Below are positions 8,523-14,915 of a stretch of 33,589 nucleotides of DNA, one piece after another. The notes beneath the pieces are model-generated. The model did no database searches, had not been told where the DNA came from, and saw nothing but the letters and a program-made list of their open reading frames with translations. Position numbers and translations under genes: made by a program. Numbering within the stretch: position 1 is the stretch's first letter; each line of letters opens with the position of its first letter. This DNA is from a virus, in IMG/VR virus record IMGVR_UViG_3300027822_000009. The stretch is one strand, 5' to 3'.

Positions 8523-9416
8523 TTAGTTTGCTAGTTCAGGATGCTTTTTAAATATAGCATCAATAATTTGGAGTCCGTTTTCTTCAGTTAAAGAAGAAAG
8601 TTTATCCACTTCAAATTTAGTAAGCCATCTTTGAACTTTATCAGCTGATATTTTCAAGGCTACAATTAAGTCGTGAATTTTTTTTCCGGTTACCTCGGAT
8701 ATCTGGATAGCTTTCTCGCACTCTTTTAGAAGGATCTCTTCTCCATATTTTTCAGCAATATCTTTAAACTCTAAGCTGATATCTTTCCCAACCGGGAAGG
8801 GTTCTTTGAACCTAGTCTTAGAAACATTCCCTACATGCCTCTTACCACGAAATTGAAGCTCAGCTTCAAAATCAAAAATATAACTTAAGGTCTCAATCCC
8901 TATCCCGCAAAAACCGATAGCTTCTAAGGTTTTTTTCCCGCTATAATCATCGGCAATCATTTTATATTTCATTTTCGCATGGGAAGTGATGATTATATTC
9001 ATATCAAGGCGCAGTAAAAGAAGACCTAAGTCAGTTAAATCTCCATTAGCAGCATGCTTATCCCTGCTAAACAAAGTTCCTATTTTTTCATCTTTGCCAT
9101 AACTTCTCTTGAGTCCCTCAAAAACTGGAGTGATAGAATCAATCACCAAAGTTTTAAACGGATGCTTTTCAAAAGTTAAAGACTTCACCTCATCCATTAT
9201 GTCATCGTAATCACAGGACTGGAAAATAGCCCCCTTATTTTTTGTTAGCAACTCGAGGTAATCCTTGTGTTCAGCTCCTTTTTCAGTGTCGATTATGTAT
9301 GGAGCCGGAAATTTAAGTGCCGTAGTAGTCTTACCTACACCAGGTTCTCCATACAATAATATCTTAGCCCTTTTTTCCCCGCATAATTCTGCAGGGTTTT
9401 TTCCCCGTAAAGCCAT
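8523..9416 (-). CDS. Sak4-like AAA_24 ATPase (RecA-fold recombination/annealing protein) with a C-terminal extension
   Basis: Walker A in KILLYGEPGVGKTTTALKFPAPYIIDTEKG and Walker B in LVIDSITPV. SD AAGGAG upstream. 297 aa, which I recall as longer than typical for this family. Confidence 0.75.
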   Translation of the reverse strand: MALRGKNPAELCGEKRAKILLYGEPGVGKTTTALKFPAPYIIDTEKGAEHKDYLELLTKNKGAIFQSCDYDDIMDEVKSLTFEKHPFKTLVIDSITPVFEGLKRSYGKDEKIGTLFSRDKHAANGDLTDLGLLLLRLDMNIIITSHAKMKYKMIADDYSGKKTLEAIGFCGIGIETLSYIFDFEAELQFRGKRHVGNVSKTRFKEPFPVGKDISLEFKDIAEKYGEEILLKECEKAIQISEVTGKKIHDLIVALKISADKVQRWLTKFEVDKLSSLTEENGLQIIDAIFKKHPELAN

Positions 9417-9430
9417 TACTTATCTCCTTT

Positions 9431-9574
9431 TTAATAATAAGTTGGTGTAACTGTTAACACCAGGTAAATGCTTTTTAAAAACCTCAGTATAATATTTTTC
9501 TTCTTAGGCTCAACTAAATAAAACCTGCCGTCAGAAGAAAAGCGTGACTGATGGTACTTGTAAATAAAACCCAT
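9431..9574 (-). CDS. Hypothetical mini-protein (47 aa)
   Basis: Manual translation MGFIYKYHQSRFSSDGRFYLVEPKKKNIILRFLKSIYLVLTVTPTYY. It fills the gap between neighbouring genes, and its stop abuts the SD of the Sak4-like gene. Below the ORF-track cutoff. Confidence 0.3.
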   Translation of the reverse strand: MGFIYKYHQSRFSSDGRFYLVEPKKKNIILRFLKSIYLVLTVTPTYY

Positions 9575-9587
9575 AATAATATCCTTA

Positions 9588-9764
9588 TTAAATAAATGGA
9601 TTGGTAAGTAAAGGTTCGGTTTTTAAATCCTGACAGCGACAGGTATAATCTTCATACCTTTGCTGCTCAGCTTCACTATAAAAACCAAAATACATATTAA
9701 GAATATGTCGCTGCTCGACATCAATGTCAGACATAAGTGTTTTAGGATGCTCGTAATATTCCAT
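9588..9764 (-). CDS. Hypothetical small protein (58 aa)
   Basis: Manual translation MEYYEHPKTLMSDIDVEQRHILNMYFGFYSEAEQQRYEDYTCRCQDLKTEPLLTNPFI. Strong SD GGAGGGAAGAC precedes the ATG at 9764. Confidence 0.5.
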   Translation of the reverse strand: MEYYEHPKTLMSDIDVEQRHILNMYFGFYSEAEQQRYEDYTCRCQDLKTEPLLTNPFI

Positions 9765-9826
9765 GTCTTCCCTCCTTTAGAAATGGAATGGTAATTATAC
9801 GAGCTAGAAAACGCTATGTATGTAGA

Positions 9827-10180
9827 CTATTTCTTCTTTAGTTGTGAGACTTTCTCCATACATCTCTCAGCCTTTGTATATAATTTCTGAAGTTCAGCAA
9901 GAATATCAAATATTTGAGCCGCTGCATCTTTTTTCAGGCGAACATTTTTATTGTCTTTTTTTAAAGTCGTACCCCCTGTGAATAACCAAAGAGGATCGCA
10001 CTTCAGGAAATCACACAGCGCCATAAAGCTGGGAACAGAAGGGCTAACCATGTCCCTCTCCCACTTAATGATAGTAGCCTTGGTAAGGCCGCCAATCTCA
10101 ACTCCAAGCTCGAGAGGGGTAAGCCCTAGGTTTTTTCTCGCCTTCGTAATCCTCTGTCCCATGGTCAATTTATCTTTCAA
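9827..10180 (-). CDS. XRE-family HTH transcriptional regulator (CI-like repressor)
   Basis: GQRITKARKNLGLTPLELGVEIGGLTKATIIKWERDMVSPS is a classic HTH_3 domain. Start chosen as TTG 10180, 7 nt after SD AGGAG; ATG 10162 is the alternative. The track start at 10204 lies within the promoter. Confidence 0.8.
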   Translation of the reverse strand: MKDKLTMGQRITKARKNLGLTPLELGVEIGGLTKATIIKWERDMVSPSVPSFMALCDFLKCDPLWLFTGGTTLKKDNKNVRLKKDAAAQIFDILAELQKLYTKAERCMEKVSQLKKK

Positions 10181-10197
10181 TGAGTAACTCCTGTGTA

Positions 10198-10225
10198 TTG
10201 ACAAAAAAAAACATAGTAATAGGAT
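10198..10225 (+). promoter_or_regulatory. Sigma70-type promoter toward the replication gene
   Basis: TTGACA (10198-10203), 16-nt spacer, TAGGAT (10220-10225). It overlaps the opposing promoter. Confidence 0.45.
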
Positions 10226-10241
10226 GGATACGAAGTGTCAA
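10213..10241 (-). promoter_or_regulatory. Sigma70-type promoter toward the XRE repressor operon
   Basis: On the minus strand: TTGACA (10241-10236), 17-nt spacer cttcgtatccatcctat, TACTAT (10218-10213). Confidence 0.5.
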
Positions 10242-10270
10242 CCTTTGTTATTCCGCTTAAGGAGAAAGCC

Positions 10271-11380
10271 ATGGAGTGTTACAGCCTAAAAGGGCGCGTC
10301 TTTGAAAGTCCGACTTTAATGGATTTAGAGAAGCTTTTCGCCTATCCATTTCGAATATTTTTCACCAACCTTCTCTGCTTCTCTGATAGCGAAGGTCGAT
10401 TCGAATGGAAAAAAGAAATCTTGATGGAGAAAATACTTCCCCTGGACGCTTCCAAATCTCTGGACACAATGGAGGCATTGAACGTTCTTCGTATGTACAG
10501 GATGATAATAATGTACTCTGAAAATGGGAATTATTACGGGCAGATATTAAATCTAAATGCATATATTGTGCAGTATGGACGCAAAAAAACCTCTAAAATA
10601 CCGGTTCCCAGACTAAAAAATGAGCTATCACGAGAAGAAAAACTACAATTAAATAACAAGAAAACTTTAGTTTTATCAGACGTGTACGAGTTTGCCTCTC
10701 GCAAGGCTATGAAAATAAAGAAGAAACACCTGTACAGATTCTATTTAATTATTCGAATTTTTATTTTCGGTGAAAAACATAGACTTACAAAAAAAATGAA
10801 TGACCAAAGTTTTCCTTTTATTCGTAAGAACAGAAGATGGGCAAAAGCTATAAGTAATATATATAATATATATATAAATAATATATATAATAATATTATA
10901 TATAATAATAATAATACTTACCCCCCAAATCGGGTTTTTGGAGATAAAGAGGACAAGGGAATGAGTTCGAATTGGAAAGAGGGGTTTGAGGCCTGGTGGA
11001 AGGCTTACCCTAAAAAATTAGAGAAAGCGAAATGCCGCCAGGTTTATCAAAAAATAAATCCGAGCGAAGAGTTAGCGCTTGTCATGCTAAAAGCTCTCAA
11101 GGCTCAGGTGCTAGAAGCCGGGCTTAAACAAAAATACGGCGCCTTTGTGCCAGAGTGGATTTATCCCGTGCGCTGGCTACAGCGAGAACGCTGGGAGGAT
11201 GCAGTGAATCTCGATGAAGCCTACTGGCGTTCAGAAAGTGGAAGAAATGAGAAAGCGCCTGTCTATGCCCCGGTAAAAGAATTTGAGCTGGAGGAGATGG
11301 AGGGGCGTCCTCAGCGAACAGCAGAAACTGAGAGGATAATTGCCGAAGCCAGGAAAATGGTGAAGAGCGCACCAAGATAG
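10271..11380 (+). CDS. Replication-organiser/initiator-like protein, two domains joined by an A/T-encoded low-complexity linker
   Basis: ATG 10271 with SD AAGGAG. The C-terminal domain carries the motif FEAWWKAYPKK...KAKC...WLQRERWED seen in phage replication-associated proteins. A possible internal start at 10961 would split it into two genes. Position is divergent from the repressor. Confidence 0.45.
   Translation: MECYSLKGRVFESPTLMDLEKLFAYPFRIFFTNLLCFSDSEGRFEWKKEILMEKILPLDASKSLDTMEALNVLRMYRMIIMYSENGNYYGQILNLNAYIVQYGRKKTSKIPVPRLKNELSREEKLQLNNKKTLVLSDVYEFASRKAMKIKKKHLYRFYLIIRIFIFGEKHRLTKKMNDQSFPFIRKNRRWAKAISNIYNIYINNIYNNIIYNNNNTYPPNRVFGDKEDKGMSSNWKEGFEAWWKAYPKKLEKAKCRQVYQKINPSEELALVMLKALKAQVLEAGLKQKYGAFVPEWIYPVRWLQRERWEDAVNLDEAYWRSESGRNEKAPVYAPVKEFELEEMEGRPQRTAETERIIAEARKMVKSAPR
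10855..10916. repeat. 62-nt uninterrupted A/T-only tract (TA/ATA-rich microsatellite-like); candidate DNA-unwinding element
   Basis: Read directly. The tract stays open only in the CDS frame (NIYNIYINNIYNNIIYNNNN). The other two forward frames hit TAA at 10855 and 10875. Confidence 0.9.
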
Positions 11381-11628
11381 GAGCTCAGCATGCCCTTATT
11401 TGGACTCTAAGGGGTGCTCACGCCTTTTTAACCGGCAAGATGATAAAAGACAAGGGTTTGTAGATTGGACGCCTTAGAGGCTCTTAGAATTGATTCTACG
11501 AGTGGCGGGGTTCATCCCCTAGGGGAGCTTTGAGTTGGGTTGATTGAAGTATAGGTTGCCTTTGAGGGGGAGTTGATTATAATTTCAGGCGGGGAAAGGA
11601 TCCTCTTGGATGGCACGGATGCTACCTT

Positions 11629-11652
11629 GGTGCATGGAACCTCCCATGCACC
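11629..11652 (-). terminator. Perfect 9-bp hairpin just downstream of the Cro-like gene; possible terminator or RNA-stabilising stem, no U-tract
   Basis: ggtgcatgg-aacctc-ccatgcacc, 12 nt beyond the stop codon at 11664-11666. Confidence 0.3.
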
Positions 11653-11663
11653 ACCCTCAATGA

Positions 11664-11924
11664 CTATCCTATTTCTGAGCTGAAAACAGATTTCAGTTTT
11701 GATATAAAAAAATCATCACGGTAGCTAGGCAGTAAATCTGTAGCCTTTATTTTGCTATTAGTCATTACTTGAATTTTAACGGCATTCTCAGGACTTGGTT
11801 TGCGCAAGCAATAAAGCCATTTGTAAACTGCCGTTTGAGACACATTGAGCTTATTAGCCATCTTTTGCTGAGTTCCAAAAATACTAATAGCTTCTTGTAT
11901 GTTGGGATTCAGTTTTTTTTTCAT
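11664..11924 (-). CDS. Cro/YdaS-like HTH DNA-binding protein
   Basis: FGTQQKMANKLNVSQTAVYKWLYCLRKPSPENAVKIQVMTNSKIKATDLLP fits the YdaS/Cro-type HTH pattern (sQ.aV..W ... p...a..ie..T.g.i....L.P). Its start overlaps the upstream gene stop. Confidence 0.7.
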   Translation of the reverse strand: MKKKLNPNIQEAISIFGTQQKMANKLNVSQTAVYKWLYCLRKPSPENAVKIQVMTNSKIKATDLLPSYRDDFFISKLKSVFSSEIG

Positions 11925-12163
11925 TTTTGCTTCTCGGCATCTTTCTTCCCGGGTTTAGAAGCTTTGACGGGTTTATCCTCTATAAATTCTTCAGAGAGAG
12001 GGCATGCGATAAATTTTAAAGGTTCACTGACATTGTTTTTAACATGAATTAGAGCATTTTCTAATGTTGGGAAGTGAAAGGTTGACTTGGCTGCGCCTTC
12101 TAAATCAACTCTAAATCTTTTTCCTTCTGGGTAGATGTAAGCACAAACAGTGTTAATTTTCAT
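11921..12163 (-). CDS. Hypothetical small protein (80 aa), first gene of the leftward two-gene operon
   Basis: ATG 12163 preceded by SD GGAGAAAATT. The track start at 12199 would run through the promoter/operator. No recognisable motif. Confidence 0.55.
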   Translation of the reverse strand: MKINTVCAYIYPEGKRFRVDLEGAAKSTFHFPTLENALIHVKNNVSEPLKFIACPLSEEFIEDKPVKASKPGKKDAEKQK

Positions 12164-12183
12164 AATTTTCTCCGGTAAATTAA

Positions 12184-12212
12184 TTGACATTACAACCATT
12201 GGTTGTAATAAT
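12184..12212 (+). promoter_or_regulatory. Near-consensus sigma70 promoter (rightward)
   Basis: TTGACA (12184-12189), 17-nt spacer, AATAAT (12207-12212). Confidence 0.6.
12189..12209. promoter_or_regulatory. Perfect palindromic operator ATTACAACC-ATT-GGTTGTAAT
   Basis: 9-3-9 inverted repeat filling the promoter spacer, about 27 nt upstream of the leftward gene start. Confidence 0.6.
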
Positions 12213-12341
12213 GAAAGCTAAGTATAGCAATGGCCACTTAGTTTGGGAATAACTATATGGCTACAGACGGGGTTGAGGAATGTTGGTTTTTTAAATACAA
12301 TGGCGTGAGATAAAAGTTATCACCCATCAGGAGGTGATATT

Positions 12342-12806
12342 ATGTTTTTTTATCGTAATTCTCGTTATGAAGAAGATTATTTTTCTTTCTTCATGAGAAA
12401 AAAAGGTTTTGAGGAAAGTGTCAGCAGGTATGGTGGTTTTGAAGTGGTATTTGTAAAAGGCGGCAACAAGGTTGAGGTTATTAAACCGCTTCCCGCGCCA
12501 TCAGCTCCCGTTCTAGATGATGAGGGTGTTCATCACCCTGAGCTAGAGGCAGCAAATGAACCGGCTTTTGAGGTCCTTAAAATAACTTGGAACTCTCCAG
12601 CTACTGAAAGACAGCTTGTAAAAGAATGGGCTTCTATTATTGAAGCGCGTTGGTTAACCTTGAAAGATTATGAAGAGTACGAGGTTGAAATAACTTCTAT
12701 TACTCCTCCTTCTTTGCGTGCCCCTTTGTATGATGAGTTAAGAAAAAAAGGTGTAAACGTTGCTGACAAGCAAGAGGTTGTGTTAGAGTTTCGTGCATGC
12801 AAGTAA
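12342..12806 (+). CDS. Hypothetical protein (154 aa), stand-alone transcription unit
   Basis: SD AGGAGG 7 nt upstream. Bounded by the 12184 promoter and the 12842 terminator. No recognisable motif. Confidence 0.6.
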   Translation: MFFYRNSRYEEDYFSFFMRKKGFEESVSRYGGFEVVFVKGGNKVEVIKPLPAPSAPVLDDEGVHHPELEAANEPAFEVLKITWNSPATERQLVKEWASIIEARWLTLKDYEEYEVEITSITPPSLRAPLYDELRKKGVNVADKQEVVLEFRACK

Positions 12807-12841
12807 GGTTCCCCAGACAGACCCACTTACTTGCTTGGTGT

Positions 12842-12879
12842 CCCCCTGGCTTTGACACCAGGCCAGGGGGGCTATTTTT
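12842..12879 (+). terminator. Rho-independent terminator
   Basis: ccccctggc (12842-12850) pairs with gccaggggg (12862-12870), followed by ctattttt. Confidence 0.7.
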
Positions 12880-13072
12880 AAAGCATCATATCCATCCATA
12901 TCGAGTAGGTCATATCCGCTCTAAATTTCAACTCTTCTATGAGAGCGTTTAGCCTCCTCATCCTTGAGCTGTTTCTACAGTACACAGTGCGGTCATACAT
13001 GCTCTTTAGTCTGCGAAACTGGTGGCGGGCACGATGGGTTTCTCTTAACATTTTGTTTGCTTGGTCGTTCAT
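12878..13072 (-). CDS. Hypothetical small Arg-rich basic protein (64 aa)
   Basis: Track ORF, third gene of a coupled leftward cassette; the upstream stop and this start form TGATATG. Confidence 0.5.
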   Translation of the reverse strand: MNDQANKMLRETHRARHQFRRLKSMYDRTVYCRNSSRMRRLNALIEELKFRADMTYSIWMDMML

Positions 13073-13073
13073 A

Positions 13074-13244
13074 TCAAGACTCCTTTATTGAAAAAGCTAA
13101 TTCGCCATACATCCCGGCTGCCGCTTGTTCAAGTTCCTTTATCTTTGTGCTAATTATTTTATCTTCAGCGATGGCTGGGTTCTGAAGGGTTTTATTGATA
13201 ACTTCAAAAAGAGTGGTAACTTCGTTGTATAGTTGTTCATTCAT
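13074..13244 (-). CDS. Hypothetical small acidic protein (56 aa)
   Basis: Manual translation MNEQLYNEVTTLFEVINKTLQNPAIAEDKIISTKIKELEQAAAGMYGELAFSIKES. ATGA overlap with the upstream gene. Below the track cutoff. Confidence 0.5.
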   Translation of the reverse strand: MNEQLYNEVTTLFEVINKTLQNPAIAEDKIISTKIKELEQAAAGMYGELAFSIKES

Positions 13245-13540
13245 TTTTCTTCTCCTGTAGAAGAGGTGTTATCTCTAATTGATTGGTGTACTGCAAGCGT
13301 GGAAACGGCCAACCTTCCTCTAACCTTGTTTAAATCTCTAGTGAAGCTTTTTATGGCAACAATGTTGCATAGTGTATTTTTAACGTTATCTTCAAGATAA
13401 GTAACCTTATGGAGAAGGATTTCTTGTATTTTAATAGCTTCCTCATTGGCTTTGTCAAGGCAGGAATACATATCCCTTAAGTCTTTCTGGAATATATGCA
13501 GGTCCCTTAGCAAGCTGTATTCAAATTTTGTTAAAGTCAT
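13241..13540 (-). CDS. Hypothetical helical protein (99 aa)
   Basis: ATG 13540 with SD AAGGAGA upstream; the track start at 13585 lacks an SD. First gene downstream of the leftward consensus promoter. Confidence 0.55.
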   Translation of the reverse strand: MTLTKFEYSLLRDLHIFQKDLRDMYSCLDKANEEAIKIQEILLHKVTYLEDNVKNTLCNIVAIKSFTRDLNKVRGRLAVSTLAVHQSIRDNTSSTGEEK

Positions 13541-13585
13541 AAATAATCTCCTTTTGATGTTTATGATGTCCTCAGTGACAAGCAA

Positions 13586-13614
13586 ATAATATACTCATGT
13601 TTACACGGTGTCAA
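13586..13614 (-). promoter_or_regulatory. Consensus sigma70 promoter (leftward)
   Basis: On the minus strand: TTGACA (13614-13609), 17-nt spacer ccgtgtaaacatgagta, TATTAT (13591-13586). Confidence 0.65.
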
Positions 13615-13657
13615 CAACAATACTGAAAGAAGTAAGAAATGCCCTCCTGTCTTTGTG

Positions 13658-13686
13658 TTGACAATGTGTATCCATGAGCATATTAT
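13658..13686 (+). promoter_or_regulatory. Consensus sigma70 promoter (rightward, early operon)
   Basis: TTGACA (13658-13663), 17-nt spacer atgtgtatccatgagca, TATTAT (13681-13686). Confidence 0.65.
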
Positions 13687-13727
13687 GAGGTGTCGATGGG
13701 GTGCTAATGTTTTTATGGAGGGACAAT

Positions 13728-14117
13728 ATGGGAAAGATGGACTGGGGATGCGACGCGGAGGAAAAAGGTCGAGGCCTTGTTAGGTACTGTGAGCTTTTAC
13801 TTTCTGTGAAGGTGGATGAAGAAGAAAAGGTTGAGTTAACTTTTAATTTTTACAAAGGTAGTAGTGGCAGGATTGATTTTTGTACTGTAGTGCATGGTCC
13901 CACCTCAGAAAGGCGCTTTCTAAAGGTGCAAATAAGCTTTGATTCCAGTGAAGGGGAAAGAGGCTGCTTATATGAGCTGGAGTTTCCGGAGAAGACGATT
14001 CGCGAGGAGCTTCCGGCGGCGATTTGGGGTTTAGGAAAGTGGTTTACATATCAAACAACGGAAGTCTGTATGGGCGACCATGATGAATGTGACGAATGTG
14101 ATAGTACAGTTCATTAA
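13728..14117 (+). CDS. Hypothetical acidic early protein with a Cys/His-rich C-terminus (129 aa)
   Basis: ATG 13728 with SD GGAGGG upstream. First gene after the early promoter. C-terminus is VCMGDHDECDECDSTVH. Confidence 0.6.
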   Translation: MGKMDWGCDAEEKGRGLVRYCELLLSVKVDEEEKVELTFNFYKGSSGRIDFCTVVHGPTSERRFLKVQISFDSSEGERGCLYELEFPEKTIREELPAAIWGLGKWFTYQTTEVCMGDHDECDECDSTVH

Positions 14118-14131
14118 TAAAGGAGAACGTT

Positions 14132-14296
14132 ATGCAAAAATATATGGCGACAATGTTGATTGCTATGGCAATAGGCGGTGTATATCGGGGGATATTTGGC
14201 TATCCTGATTATAAGAAGAAAAAAGAAGAGTCGGATAGAGAGAAGGAAGAGGCATGGGGTCCTAATCCAAGCTTGAAGAAGAAGGAGGGAGAATGA
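14132..14296 (+). CDS. Hypothetical single-TM mini-protein (54 aa)
   Basis: SD AGGAG upstream. Manual translation MQKYMATMLIAMAIGGVYRGIFGYPDYKKKKEESDREKEEAWGPNPSLKKKEGE. ATGA overlap with the next gene. Confidence 0.5.
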   Translation: MQKYMATMLIAMAIGGVYRGIFGYPDYKKKKEESDREKEEAWGPNPSLKKKEGE

Positions 14297-14496
14297 TTAG
14301 TAAAGCAGCTCTTTTTTTAATCGCGGCTTTGGCGTTTGTAAAGCTCGCTGGATTTGCCTCTATTGGTTGGTATGAGGTTTTTTTGCCTCTTATCGTTTTA
14401 TGCGTATGGTTGTTTTTTATGTTGGCTTTGATGGTGGTGTATTGCTTGGCCACAGGAAGCAGGCTTGAGCGGAAGTGGGGGCAGAGAAGAAATTGA
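14293..14496 (+). CDS. Hypothetical two-TM membrane protein (67 aa)
   Basis: SD GGAGGGAG upstream, with two hydrophobic stretches. Confidence 0.55.
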   Translation: MISKAALFLIAALAFVKLAGFASIGWYEVFLPLIVLCVWLFFMLALMVVYCLATGSRLERKWGQRRN

Positions 14497-14915
14497 GAGT
14501 GAGCATTAAGAATGTTAGTAAGAGAAGGCTGCTGGAGGAGTTTCATAGGAGGCTCGAATGGATACGGGCGGAGATTGAAATACAGGTTAAATGTGAGCCC
14601 TTGCTCTTGAGGGGGGTTCGAGATAAGGATGGAGTCTCAAGAGTGATTCGGTTGGAGGCGCCAGTAAAGTGTACATTAGATTTTGACCCTGCATCTGAGG
14701 AATATCAGTTAGTCGGCTGGACTTTTGTTCAGGATGCCTTGGTATCTAAAAAATTGGTAATGCCTATCTGTCACGAGGTTACTATTCTTGAAGAAATTAA
14801 ATATGCCGCTTATTTCATAGATAAAGTTCTGGCGGTTCGAAGGCGCTTAATGAGAGAGGTTCAGAAGATGGATTGGCCAGATATTTGTGTGGAGGGAACA
14901 GGGGGAGATGATTGA
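14475..14915 (+). CDS. Hypothetical protein
   Basis: Track ORF on the coding strand of the early operon. Start is uncertain: GTG 14475 or GTG 14499. Confidence 0.5.
   Translation: MGAEKKLRVSIKNVSKRRLLEEFHRRLEWIRAEIEIQVKCEPLLLRGVRDKDGVSRVIRLEAPVKCTLDFDPASEEYQLVGWTFVQDALVSKKLVMPICHEVTILEEIKYAAYFIDKVLAVRRRLMREVQKMDWPDICVEGTGGDD

Noticed and set aside
10235-10270. Track-predicted N-terminal extensions: GTG 10235 for the replication gene, 12164..12199 for the 80-aa gene, and 13541..13585, 13701..13727, 20401..20487 and 27242..27271 for their respective genes
   Set aside because: The extensions run through promoter or operator elements or the upstream gene, and they lack SDs. In most cases a downstream ATG with a canonical SD is present (20488 is simply the first Met).
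11381-11663. Possible tRNA (GGGGTTCATCCCC and GGTTCCATGCACCA-like strings on the two strands)
   Set aside because: The stems and loops do not have T-arm dimensions. No acceptor stem, D-arm or anticodon arm can be drawn around them.
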